A DNA stretch of 35,783 bases from a virus, in the UHGV virus genome UHGV-0117379; one strand, given 5' to 3'. The position numbers and the translations under genes are program-made. The notes beneath the pieces are model-generated. The model saw nothing but the letters and a program-made list of their open reading frames with translations. It ran no database searches and was not told where the DNA came from. Shown here piece after piece: positions 24,288 to 33,700 of this stretch (within the stretch, counting starts at the first letter, position 1; each line of letters starts with the position of its first letter).

Positions 24288-24885
24288 TCTGCTGCCACCG
24301 GGTTCAACACCACTGGAGCGCCGACTGGCGCAAACCTGCAGCGGGATTTCTGATCTGCAGGTGCCGCTGCGTGACTTGTGGAATCCGGCAACCTGTCCGG
24401 TCAGTTTCCTGCCTTATCTCGCCTGGGCGTTCTCTGTGGATCGCTGGGACGAGGGCTGGACAGAAAGCGTCAAGCGCCAGGTGGTGAAGGATGCTTTTTA
24501 TATTCATCAGCATAAAGGGACCACCAGTGCCGTGCGGCGGGTGGTGGAGCCGTTCGGCTTTCTGATCCGCATTATTGAGTGGTGGCAGACCGGAGAGGCA
24601 CCGGGCACGTTTCGCCTGGATATCGGCGTGCAGGACCAGGGCATCACTGAAGATACCTATCTGGAACTTGAGCGACTGATAAGCGATGCCAAACCATGTA
24701 GCCGTCACATGATCGGCATGTCCATCAATCTGCAGACCAGCGGCCCGCATTGGGTGGGAGCCGCCAGCTATCTTGGCGAAGAAATCACGATCTATCCGTA
24801 TATCAACGAAACAATTATTTCCGGCGGCACCGCGCATGAAGGCGGGGCGGTCCATGTTATTGACACAATGAGAGTGAATCCATGA
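24280..24885 (+). CDS. I: Baseplate/tail protein gpI
   Basis: The N-terminus LLPPGSTPLERR.A........PLRDLWNP..CP...LPYLAWAFSVD.W is the conserved P2 gpI signature. Confidence 0.88.
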   Translation: MNSLLPPGSTPLERRLAQTCSGISDLQVPLRDLWNPATCPVSFLPYLAWAFSVDRWDEGWTESVKRQVVKDAFYIHQHKGTTSAVRRVVEPFGFLIRIIEWWQTGEAPGTFRLDIGVQDQGITEDTYLELERLISDAKPCSRHMIGMSINLQTSGPHWVGAASYLGEEITIYPYINETIISGGTAHEGGAVHVIDTMRVNP

Positions 24886-26435
24886 GCACAAAATTTTATA
24901 CCCTGCTGACGGATATTGGCGCGGCGAAACTTGCCAGCGCCGCCGCGCTCGGTGTGCCTTTAAAAATTACCCATATGGCGGTCGGCGATGGCGGCGGAAC
25001 ATTACCAACGCCGGACGCAAAGCAGACAGCACTGGTAAATGAGAAACGCCGGGCTGCGCTGAATATGCTCTATATCGACCCGCAGAACAGCAGCCAGATT
25101 ATTGCTGAACAGGTGATCCCTGAAAACGAGGGCGGTTGGTGGATACGTGAAGTGGGCCTGTTTGATGAGTCCGGGGCATTGATTGCCGTGGGCAACTGCC
25201 CGGAAAGCTATAAGCCGCAACTGGCTGAAGGCAGCGGGCGTACCCAGACCGTGCGTATGGTGTTGATTACCAGCAGCACGGACAATATCACCCTGAAAAT
25301 CGACCCTGCCGTAGTGCTGGCAACCCGCAAGTATGTGGATGATAAGGTACTGGAGCTGAAGGTGTACGCGGATGATCAGATGGCAAAACATCTTGCCGCA
25401 CCGGACCCGCATTCACAGTATGCACAGAAAGAAAGTCCTACGTTTACCGGGACACCCAAAGCGCCAACGCCAGCGGCGGGGAATAACACCACGCAGGTTG
25501 CGACCACCGCGTTTGTTCAGGAGGCACTGACGGCTCTTATTAATGGTGCGCCAGCCACGCTGGACACGCTGAAAGAAATAGCCGTAGCCATTAACAATGA
25601 TCCGAAATTCAGTACCACCATTAACAATGCGCTGGCACTGAAAGCGCCGCTGTCGAGTCCGGCACTCACCGGAACGCCAACAGCCCCCACGGCGGCGCAG
25701 TCGGTCAACAATACACAGATTGCCACCACGGCTTTTGTGAAATCGGCGATTGCGGCAATGGTGGGTTCTGCACCTGCGGCACTGGATACACTGAACGAAC
25801 TGGCGGCGGCGCTGGGGAATGACCCGAACTTTGCCACGACAATGCTTAATGCACTGGCAGGTAAACAACCGCTGGACAATACGCTGACTAATTTGAGTGG
25901 AAAGGATGTTGCTGGTCTTCTCGCATACCTTGGTTTGGGAGAAGGCTCTGCATTACCTGTTGGTGTCCCTGTTCCGTGGCCTTTAGCAACTCCGCCAACA
26001 GGCTGGTTGAAATGCAACGGTGCGCCATTTATCGCCTCCCAATATCCGAAGCTTGCTCTCGCTTACCCCGGTCTTTTGCTGCCAGACCTGCGCGGTGAAT
26101 TTATTCGTGGATGGGATGATGGGCGAGGGGTTGATCCAGGGCGTTCGATAGGGTCTAGCCAGGGATGGTCTCCAGGATCGCACGTCCACGGCTTGGAAAT
26201 TTGGACATCGGCTAGCGGCAGCATCCCAACTAGTACAACTGTACCATCGCAGAACGGTAGGGAGTTAGGGCCAGCAGCGACAGCAGGCGACGGCGGCGTT
26301 ATCCGATCACTTGGCGGCAGCGGCGGGACAAACAACAACTCTGCTACTTCTGTGACTACGCAGAGCCCCACCTTTGGAAACCAAGAAGGTTACCCGCGCA
26401 ACGTCGCATTTAACTATATCGTGAGGGCAGCCTGA
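24882..26435 (+). CDS. H: Tail fibre protein gpH (constant N-terminal ~354 aa; the currently fused variable C-terminus has a tail-collar-type domain)
   Basis: The N-terminus resembles P2 gpH (F.T..T..GAAKLA.A...G......MAVGDGGG). Two 74-aa tandem fibre repeats (about 25434..25655 and 25656..25877). The C-terminus PVPWP...GWL.CNG......YP.L......LPDLRGEFIRGWDDGRGVD.GR is tail-collar-like. Confidence 0.9.
   Translation: MSTKFYTLLTDIGAAKLASAAALGVPLKITHMAVGDGGGTLPTPDAKQTALVNEKRRAALNMLYIDPQNSSQIIAEQVIPENEGGWWIREVGLFDESGALIAVGNCPESYKPQLAEGSGRTQTVRMVLITSSTDNITLKIDPAVVLATRKYVDDKVLELKVYADDQMAKHLAAPDPHSQYAQKESPTFTGTPKAPTPAAGNNTTQVATTAFVQEALTALINGAPATLDTLKEIAVAINNDPKFSTTINNALALKAPLSSPALTGTPTAPTAAQSVNNTQIATTAFVKSAIAAMVGSAPAALDTLNELAAALGNDPNFATTMLNALAGKQPLDNTLTNLSGKDVAGLLAYLGLGEGSALPVGVPVPWPLATPPTGWLKCNGAPFIASQYPKLALAYPGLLLPDLRGEFIRGWDDGRGVDPGRSIGSSQGWSPGSHVHGLEIWTSASGSIPTSTTVPSQNGRELGPAATAGDGGVIRSLGGSGGTNNNSATSVTTQSPTFGNQEGYPRNVAFNYIVRAA
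25918..25943. promoter_or_regulatory. 26-bp hix/gix-like invertase crossover site (left), inside H
   Basis: TTCTCGCATACC-TT-GGTTTGGGAGAA. The inner half-site is a perfect inverted copy of 27797..27808. The central TT is complementary to the AA of the right site. Confidence 0.75.
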
Positions 26436-27037
26436 TGAATAAAGCCGTATTAAATAGCGAACTCATTACTACAAAGGCAGGAAACATTACCGTTTATAAT
26501 TTTGATGCTGAGACGAAGGAATATCTTTCCACATCAACCGAATACCTTGCTGTGGGTGTCGGTATTCCGGCGTATTCATGCTTAGATGCACCAGGTACAC
26601 ATAAAGCCGGTTATGCAATCTGCCGCTCTGCAGATTTTAACTCATGGGAATATGTGCCAGACCATCGCGGTGAAATCATCTATAGCACCGAAACAGGAGA
26701 ATCGAAAGAAATCACATCTCTGGGTGATTACCCTGAAAATACAACCACTATCGCCCCGTTAACGCCATATGATAAATGGGATGGTGAGAAATGGGTGACG
26801 GATACTGAGGCACAGCATAGCGCCGCAGTAGAAGCGGCAGAAGCACAGCGCCAGTCACTGATTGATGCAGCAATGTCTTCCATCAGTCTGATTCAACTGA
26901 AATTACAGGCCGGACGGAAGCTGACGCAGGCAGAAACAACCCGACTTAACGCTGTGCTGGATTATATTGACGCGGTGACGGCAACAGATACCAGCACCGC
27001 GCCTGATGTCATCTGGCCTGAACTGCCGGAGGCGTAG
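26435..27037 (+). CDS. G: Tail fibre assembly chaperone (gpG/Tfa family), currently expressed orientation
   Basis: ATGA overlap with the H stop. The C-terminus (..WPELPEA) and central coiled region are typical of Tfa proteins. Confidence 0.85.
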   Translation: MNKAVLNSELITTKAGNITVYNFDAETKEYLSTSTEYLAVGVGIPAYSCLDAPGTHKAGYAICRSADFNSWEYVPDHRGEIIYSTETGESKEITSLGDYPENTTTIAPLTPYDKWDGEKWVTDTEAQHSAAVEAAEAQRQSLIDAAMSSISLIQLKLQAGRKLTQAETTRLNAVLDYIDAVTATDTSTAPDVIWPELPEA

Positions 27038-27449
27038 GCCATTCAATATCTGGCGCACCGGAAGTATCGACCAGTTCCAGTGCGTCCAGATAATCCAGCC
27101 ACAAATTATATTGCACCAGTTCCTCACCTTTCAGGCGACCAATCGCCGCTTTACCAGGCCATTGCTTACTGTTTATGTATTCGTTGACCTGATTAATCAA
27201 TTGCTGCTTTTTCAGTTCGGCTGCGGCAATTTGTTCCTCATGAGTTGGCGGTGGAATATCAATCCATGCAGGCATTCCGTCGATGACACCTCTGTATTTT
27301 CCTTCTGGTGCTTCCTTCATAAATTCGGCAGCAACAGTGTCGTCAATTTCGATTCCATCATCGGGCCATTCGCCGGATTCCTGATAAGCGATTTTAAGCT
27401 CCACAGGGAAAAACGCATTTTTATCGGCACTGAAAATATATTTCTGCAT
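27009..27449 (-). CDS. Alternative tail fibre assembly chaperone (Tfa family), silent orientation
   Basis: 146 aa, convergent with G and overlapping it by 29 nt. The MQKYIFSADKNAFFP... N-terminus and ..IEWPTPP C-terminus are typical of the Mu U / P1 U / Tfa family. Confidence 0.85.
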   Translation of the reverse strand: MQKYIFSADKNAFFPVELKIAYQESGEWPDDGIEIDDTVAAEFMKEAPEGKYRGVIDGMPAWIDIPPPTHEEQIAAAELKKQQLINQVNEYINSKQWPGKAAIGRLKGEELVQYNLWLDYLDALELVDTSGAPDIEWPTPPAVQAR

Positions 27450-27451
27450 TT

Positions 27452-27796
27452 CTACCGTCCTATCGAAATATAACTGAATCTGTATTGCTGTGAGATATCA
27501 CTGGTTGCCACACGCCACGCTGAATTACTGATATGTTCAAAATTTACAGACAAAACCTGCGGGGCAGGAATCGACGGGTCTGACTGAACGGCATCAGACA
27601 TAACACTGACTGAAACCATCGGCTGATTAGGGAATGGTATAGGGAAGTGTCCACTGATAAAGCGGGTCGTGTTTCCTGAAAAAGTGCCAAACTGAACAAT
27701 ATATCCACCTGGTAGCCTGAACCATCCCGAACCAGAAGCGAATGCTCCCATATCCGGTATCTGATTATCTCCTGTGCCCACATCCCTTTTCGCCGC
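27452..27796 (-). CDS. Promoterless alternative tail-fibre C-terminal cassette (about 115 codons), fused in frame to H after inversion
   Basis: The reading frame continues across the crossover site (..GLGE|AAKRDVGTGDNQIPDMGAF...GWFRLPGGYIVQFG), like the variable parts of Mu S/S' and P1 S. The apparent start at 27850 has no SD and lies outside the crossover site. Confidence 0.75.
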   Translation of the reverse strand, partial: AAKRDVGTGDNQIPDMGAFASGSGWFRLPGGYIVQFGTFSGNTTRFISGHFPIPFPNQPMVSVSVMSDAVQSDPSIPAPQVLSVNFEHISNSAWRVATSDISQQYRFSYISIGR

Positions 27797-27822
27797 TTCT
27801 CCCAAACCAACGTTTAAGAAAA
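27797..27822. promoter_or_regulatory. 26-bp hix/gix-like invertase crossover site (right)
   Basis: TTCTCCCAAACC-AA-CGTTTAAGAAAA. Compare remembered hixL, TTCTTGAAAACCAAGGTTTTTGATAA. Confidence 0.75.
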
Positions 27823-27877
27823 TGCAGAGGTAACAGCTAACTGGCATCATCTCCGGTTTTTATTCAGGGGGATGATC

Positions 27878-28444
27878 ATGCTTATTGGCTATGTACGCGT
27901 GTCAACAAATGACCAGAACACCGATTTGCAACGTAATGCACTGAACTGCGCGGGATGTGAGCGGATTTTTGAGGACAAAATCAGTGGCACTAAGTCCGAC
28001 AGACCGGGGCTGAAAAAACTACTCAGGACACTATCGGCAGGAGACACGCTGGTTGTCTGGAAGCTGGACAGGTTGGGGCGCAGTATGCGGCATCTTGTTA
28101 CGCTGATAGAAGAGTTGCGCCAGCGTGGTGTGAATTTCAGAAGCCTGACTGACAGTATTGATACCAGTACCCCAATGGGCCGTTTCTTTTTTCATGTCAT
28201 GGGTGCCCTAGCTGAAATGGAACGCGAACTGATAGTTGAACGTACCAGGGCGGGGCTGGCTGCAGCTCGTGATAAAGGCAGAGTAGGTGGACGCCGTCCT
28301 AAGTTGACCACCGAACAGTGGGCACAGATTGGACGCTTACTCGAGGCCGGAGAATCAAGACAGCGTATTGCACTGATTTTTGATGTGGGTGTTTCCACAA
28401 TTTATAGAAAATTTCCGGCAAATAAGAGTAATGAATCCCCCTGA
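27878..28444 (+). CDS. Serine DNA invertase (Hin/Gin/Cin/Pin family)
   Basis: MLIGYVRVSTNDQNTDLQRNAL...DTLVVWKLDRLGRSM.HL......L..RG.NF.SLTDSIDTS.PMGRFFFHVMGALAEMERELI.ERT.AGLAAAR.KGR.GGR is nearly colinear with remembered Gin. Catalytic Ser in YVRVST. C-terminal HTH. An alternative ATG lies at 27872. Confidence 0.92.
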   Translation: MLIGYVRVSTNDQNTDLQRNALNCAGCERIFEDKISGTKSDRPGLKKLLRTLSAGDTLVVWKLDRLGRSMRHLVTLIEELRQRGVNFRSLTDSIDTSTPMGRFFFHVMGALAEMERELIVERTRAGLAAARDKGRVGGRRPKLTTEQWAQIGRLLEAGESRQRIALIFDVGVSTIYRKFPANKSNESP

Positions 28445-28492
28445 ATCAGCATTATGTTGATTATCCCTGCAAGCAGACAAATACCGTTATTT

Positions 28493-28510
28493 TGTGTGAA
28501 TAACGACACA
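28493..28510. promoter_or_regulatory. Ogr/B activator box TGT-N12-ACA of late promoter PF
   Basis: TGTGTGAATAACGACACA. The dyad centre is ~86 bp upstream of the FI ATG. Confidence 0.6.
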
Positions 28511-28586
28511 ACTGCGCTTAGCTGTTTGTCAGGCACAATCACTTCAACATAGGGCGAAGCCTAATCCAATCAGGAGGTTCGCCACT

Positions 28587-29759
28587 ATGGCTCAGGATTA
28601 CCACCACGGGGTGCGCGTTGTTGAAGTCAACGAAGGCACCCGATCTATTACCACGGTGAGCACCGCCATCGTGGGTATGGTCTGCACGGGCGATGATGCC
28701 GATGCAAAAATGTTTCCTCTTAATAAACCCGTGCTGATCACTGATGTGCTGACTGCCAGCGGTAAAGCGGGTGAGTCCGGTACTCTGGCCCGTTCGCTGG
28801 ATGCCATCGCTGACCAGGCAAAACCCGTGACCATTGTTGTGCGTGTGCCGCAGGGTGAAACGGAAGACGAAACCACGACCAATATCATCGGCGCAGTGAC
28901 TGCTGAAGGTAAAAAAACAGGTATGAAAGCCCTGTTATCTGCCCAGTCACAGCTCGGCGTTAAACCGCGCATTCTCGGCGTGCCAGGCCACGACACCAAG
29001 GCGGTAGCTACTGAGTTGCTGAGCGTGGCGCAAAGCCTGCGTGGATTTGCTTACCTGTCAGCGTATGGCTGCAAGACAGTGCAGGAGGCGATCACTTACC
29101 GCGAAAACTTCAGCCAGCGCGAAGGGATGCTGATCTGGCCTGACTTTACTGGCTGGGACACGGTGCTGAATGCCGAAGCAACGGCATATGCCACCGCCCG
29201 TGCGCTTGGTCTGCGCGCCAAAATTGACGAGCAGACCGGATGGCACAAAAGCCTGTCCAATGTGGGCGTGAACGGTGTCACCGGAATTTCTGCAGATGTG
29301 TTCTGGGATCTGCAGGACCCGGCAACCGATGCAGGTCTGCTGAACCAGAACGACGTCACCACGCTTGTGCGTAAAGACGGTTTCCGCTTCTGGGGGTCCC
29401 GCTGCCTGAGTGATGACCCGCTCTTTGCCTTCGAAAACTACACCCGCACGGCGCAGGTGCTGACGGACACGATGGCAGAAGCACACATGTGGGCGGTGGA
29501 TAAACCGCTTAACCCGTCGCTGGCCCGCGACATTATCGAAGGTATCCGCGCCAAAATGCGCAGACTGGTCAGTCAGGGCTATCTCATTGGTGGTGATTGC
29601 TGGCTGGATGAGTCGGTGAACGACAAAGACACGCTGAAAGCCGGAAAACTCACCATCGACTACGACTACACGCCAGTGCCGCCACTTGAAAACCTGATGC
29701 TGCGTCAGCGCATCACCGATCAGTACCTGGTGAATTTCGCCAGCCAGGTCAGCGCGTAA
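28587..29759 (+). CDS. FI: Contractile tail sheath protein gpFI
   Basis: [26 protein letters not shown]...[10 protein letters not shown] matches remembered P2 FI. Confidence 0.92.
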   Translation: MAQDYHHGVRVVEVNEGTRSITTVSTAIVGMVCTGDDADAKMFPLNKPVLITDVLTASGKAGESGTLARSLDAIADQAKPVTIVVRVPQGETEDETTTNIIGAVTAEGKKTGMKALLSAQSQLGVKPRILGVPGHDTKAVATELLSVAQSLRGFAYLSAYGCKTVQEAITYRENFSQREGMLIWPDFTGWDTVLNAEATAYATARALGLRAKIDEQTGWHKSLSNVGVNGVTGISADVFWDLQDPATDAGLLNQNDVTTLVRKDGFRFWGSRCLSDDPLFAFENYTRTAQVLTDTMAEAHMWAVDKPLNPSLARDIIEGIRAKMRRLVSQGYLIGGDCWLDESVNDKDTLKAGKLTIDYDYTPVPPLENLMLRQRITDQYLVNFASQVSA

Positions 29760-29768
29760 GGGGACAAC

Positions 29769-30284
29769 ATGGCTTTACCACGCAAATTAAAACACCTGAA
29801 CCTGTTTAACGACGGGAACAACTGGCAGGGGATCGTTGAGTCGCTGACGCTGCCGAAATTTACCCGCAAATATGAGAAGTATCGCGGCGGCGGAATGCCG
29901 GGTGCGGTGGATGTGGATCTGGGGCTTGATGACAGTGCGCTGGACACAGAATTTTCCATTGGTGGTACTGAATTGCTGCTGTTTAAACAGATGGGTAAAG
30001 CCACGGTGGATGGCATCCAGCTGCGCTTTACCGGCTCTATTCAGCGTGACGATACCGGGGAAGTGCAGGCCGTGGAGCTTGTCGTGCGTGGACGTCACAA
30101 AGAAGTGGATTCCGGCGAGTGGAAGACGGGCGAAAGCAACACCACCAAAGTGACCAGTACCAACAGCTACGCGAAGCTGACCATCAATGGTGAGGTGCTC
30201 TATGAAGTGGACCTTATCAACATGGTGGAAATTGTGGACGGTGTGGACCTGATGGAAGCGCACCGCAACGCCCTCGGCCTCTGA
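29769..30284 (+). CDS. FII: Tail tube protein gpFII
   Basis: The N-terminus MALPRKLKHLNLFNDGNNWQG is typical of P2 FII. 171 aa. Confidence 0.92.
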   Translation: MALPRKLKHLNLFNDGNNWQGIVESLTLPKFTRKYEKYRGGGMPGAVDVDLGLDDSALDTEFSIGGTELLLFKQMGKATVDGIQLRFTGSIQRDDTGEVQAVELVVRGRHKEVDSGEWKTGESNTTKVTSTNSYAKLTINGEVLYEVDLINMVEIVDGVDLMEAHRNALGL

Positions 30285-30338
30285 TATATCTGAACGGCGC
30301 GGGATACCGCGCCAGAACCCAATTGACAGGACAGCAAA

Positions 30339-30641
30339 ATGAGCGATAAGCAGACTGAAAAGACCATTCAACTGGATACCCCCATCAAGCGCGGTAAAAC
30401 AGAAATCACCGAAATTGTGCTGCGTAAACCGCAGTCCGGTGCGCTGCGCGGTACACGCCTGCAGGCCATTATGGATATGGATGTAAACGCGATGATGACC
30501 GTGATCCCCCGCATCTCCAGTCCGGCACTGACTGCACAGGAAATTGCAGAGATGGACCCGGCAGATCTCACTGCCATGTCGGTTGAGGTTGTCACTTTTT
30601 TGTTGAAGAAGTCGGTGCTTGCCGGTTTACCGACAGCCTGA
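30339..30641 (+). CDS. E: Tail assembly chaperone gpE
   Basis: 100 aa in the P2 E position. Contains the TTTTTTG slippery heptamer near its 3' end. Confidence 0.88.
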   Translation: MSDKQTEKTIQLDTPIKRGKTEITEIVLRKPQSGALRGTRLQAIMDMDVNAMMTVIPRISSPALTAQEIAEMDPADLTAMSVEVVTFLLKKSVLAGLPTA

Positions 30642-30775
30642 CGGTTGACGATCTGGTGGCAGATATCGCCACCATTTTTCACTGGCCGCCATCCGTTACT
30701 GACGTTATGCCGCTGACCGAAGTGCTGGAATGGCGGTATAAAGCGATTCAGAGAAGCGGGGCCAACGATGAGTGA
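30339..30775 (+). CDS. E+E': gpE+E' produced by a programmed -1 frameshift at TTTTTTG (30596..30602)
   Basis: Hand translation of the -1 frame after the slip gives VEEVGACRFTDSLTVDDLVADIATIFHWPPS...EWRYKAIQRSGANDE*. It ends at the TGA at 30773..30775, overlapping the T start, as described for P2 E/E'. Confidence 0.8.
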
Positions 30776-33700
30776 TAACAACCTGCGTCTGCAGGTCATT
30801 CTTAATGCGGTTGACAAGCTCACCCGCCCATTTCGATCTGCGCAGGCCAGTTCAAGAGAACTGGCTGCTGCTGTCAAAAAATCCCGCGATGCAATAAAGC
30901 AGCTTGATCAGGCCGGGAGCAGTCTGGACAGCTTCCGAAAGCTGCAGGCAGAAAATCAGAAATTAGGCGACAGGCTGAACTATGCCCGCCAGCGTGCAAA
31001 TTTGCTCAGTCAGGAACTGGGAGCGATGGGGCCGCCTTCGCAACGTCAGGTTGTTGCTCTGGGCCGTCAACGGCTGGCTGTTCAGCGCCTGGAAGAACGC
31101 CAGAAAAAGCTGCAGCAGCAGACGGCGCTTGTGCGTGCTGAACTGTACCGGGCGGGAATTTCTGCGAAAGACGATGCGGGAGCAACTGCCCGTTTAGCCC
31201 GTGAAACATCACGTTATAACCAGGAACTTTCGAAACAGGAGGCGCGGCTGAAGCGACTGGGGGAAGCTCAGCGCAGGATGAATGCAGCGCGTGCCAGTTA
31301 TGCCCGTTCGCTGGAGGTGCGTGATCGTATTGCAGGTGCCGGAGCCACCACCACGGCTGCAGGGCTGGCAATGGGTGCGCCAGTGATGGCGGCAGTAAAA
31401 AGCTATACCAGCATGGAAGATGCCATGAAAGGTGTGGCAAAGCAGGTCAATGGTCTGCGTGACGATAATGGCAACCGCACTGCACGTTTTTATGAAATGC
31501 AGGATGCCATCAAGGCTGCCAGCGAACAGTTGCCGATGGAAAACGGTGCGGTGGACTTCGCTGCACTGGTTGAAGGTGGTGCGCGCATGAACGTCGCAAA
31601 CCCTGACGACAGCTGGGAAGATCAGAAACGTGACCTGCTGGCCTTCGCCAGTACGGCAGCAAAGGCGGCAACAGCCTTTGAGCTGCCAGCGGATGAACTG
31701 TCAGAAAGTCTGGGGAAAATCGCCCAGCTCTACAAAATCCCCACCCGCAATATTGAACAGCTCGGTGATGCGCTGAACTATCTGGATGATAACGCCATGT
31801 CGAAAGGGGCAGACATCATTGATGTGATGCAACGTCTGGGCGGTGTGGCTGACCGTCTGGATTATCGTAAAGCGGCGGCGCTGGGTTCCACCTTCCTGAC
31901 ACTGGGCGCTGCGCCAGAGGTTGCAGCCAGTGCAGCAAACGCGATGGTGCGTGAATTGTCCATTGCCACCATGCAAAGCAAGAGTTTCTTTGAAGGGATG
32001 AATCTGCTGAAACTCAATCCTGAAGTGATTGAAAAGCAGATGACGAAGGATGCGATGGGAACCATCCAGCGCGTGCTGGAGAAGGTAAACGCGCTGCCGC
32101 AGGACAAGCGCCTGTCTGCCATGACTATGTTGTTTGGTAAAGAGTTTGGCGATGACGCGGCGAAACTGGCAAACAACCTGCCGGAACTGCAGCGTCAGTT
32201 AAAACTGACAGCGGGCAATGATGCGCTCGGCTCCATGCAGAAAGAATCCGACATTAACAAGGATTCACTTTCTGCGCAGTGGTTGCTGGTCAAAACCGGA
32301 GCGCAGAACACCTTCAGCAGCCTGGGCGAAACGCTGCGCCAGCCGCTGATGGATATTCTGTACACGGTGAAAAGCGTCACGGGGGCGTTGCGTCGCTGGG
32401 TGGAAGCTAACCCGGAACTGACAGGCACACTGATGAAAGCATCGGCTGTTGTGGCTGCGGTTACCGTCGGCCTCGGCACCTTAGCGGTGGCGCTGGCTGC
32501 AGTGCTGGGGCCGCTGGCAGTGATCCGTCTGGGATTCTCTGTGTTGGGTATCAAAACGTTATCTTCCGTTACGGCAGCAGTAACTCGAACCAGCAGCGCG
32601 TTGTCCTGGCTGGCTGGCGCACCACTGGCACTGCTGCGACGCGGGCTTGCTTCATCGGGCAACGCCGCAGGTTTACTTACTGCGCCGTTGTCGTCTTTGC
32701 GCCGCACGGCATCACTGACGGGAAATGTCCTGAAAACTGTAGCAGGTGCGCCGGTTGCACTTTTGCGGTCTGGATTATCCGGTTTACGTGCTGTTGCTGT
32801 GATGTTTATGAATCCTCTGGCGGTACTGCGCGGTGGACTGGCCGCCGCAGGCACGGTGCTGCGAGTACTGGCATCTGGTCCACTGGCGATGCTGCGCGTT
32901 GCCCTGTATGCCATATCTGGTCTGTTAGGTGCTCTGCTCAGTCCGATAGGTCTTGTGGTTACTGCACTGGCGGGCGTGGCGCTGGTTGTCTGGAAATACT
33001 GGCAACCCATCACCGCATTTCTCGGTGGCGTGGTGGAAGGATTCAAAGCGGCGGCAGGTCCCATCAGTGCAGCGTTCGAACCGCTTAAGCCCGTGTTCCA
33101 GTGGATTGGCGACAAAGTGCAGGCGCTGTGGGGCTGGTTTACTGATCTGCTGACGCCCGTTAAGTCGACCTCTGCCGAACTGCAGAGCGCAGCGGCAATG
33201 GGGCGGCGATTCGGGGAGGCACTGGCGGAAGGGCTGAATATGGTCATGCATCCGCTGGACTCCCTGAAATCCGGCGTTTCCTGGTTGCTGGAGAAGCTCG
33301 GCATTGTCAGTAAAGAGGCCGCAAAGGCAAAACTGCCGGAAAGCGTGACGCGTCAGCAACCTGCGACGGTGAATGCAGACGGTAAAGTGATGATGCCATC
33401 GGGTGGTTTTCCATCATGGGGATATGGCTTTGCGGGGATGTATGACAGCGGCGGGTATATCCCGCGCGGGCAGTTTGGCATCGTCGGTGAAAACGGGCCG
33501 GAAATTGTTAACGGCCCGGCAAATGTGACCAGCCGGAGAAATACAGCTGCACTGGCTGCCGTTGTTGCCGGAATGATGGGCGTTGCTGCCGCGCCAGCAG
33601 AGCTTCCACCGTTGCACCCTTTGGCACTTCCCGCGAAAGGTGGAGAAGCAATTGTGAGTCGCGCAGCCACTGTGCCGCTCGTTCAACGGATTGAGGCACC

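Larger units (their letters stand above)
25918..27822. mobile_element. Invertible tail-fibre host-range segment (G/C/P-segment type), about 1.9 kb
   Basis: Bounded by inverted 26-bp hix-like sites. Contains two convergent cassettes, each with a fibre C-terminus and a chaperone. A serine invertase gene lies immediately outside the right site. Confidence 0.8.

Noticed and set aside
24304-24891. 195-aa minus-strand ORF opposite gene I (and similar ORFs at 25002..26371 opposite H, 29787..30371 opposite FII, 30368..30877 opposite E/T, 16016..16678 opposite O/N)
   Set aside because: All are antisense to confidently assigned structural genes in GC-rich DNA, and none has a translation signal or recognisable motifs.
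27006-27473. 155-aa plus-strand ORF across the alternative tail-fibre assembly gene
   Set aside because: It is antisense to a recognisable Tfa-family protein (27009..27449). Its translation has no features and no ribosome-binding site.
27797-27850. Apparent start (MMPVSCYLCIF...) of minus-strand ORF 27452..27850
   Set aside because: This part lies at or beyond the hix-like crossover site and has no SD. The cassette is expressed only as a fusion to H after inversion, so it is not an independent gene start.
32195-33304. 369-aa minus-strand ORF inside tape-measure gene T (and 31006..31440, 31862..32176, 32925..33359, 33353..33734)
   Set aside because: Antisense shadow ORFs of an Ala/Leu-rich gene. 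Their translations are Ser/Pro/Arg-rich and low-complexity. They do not fit the uninterrupted FETUD operon.
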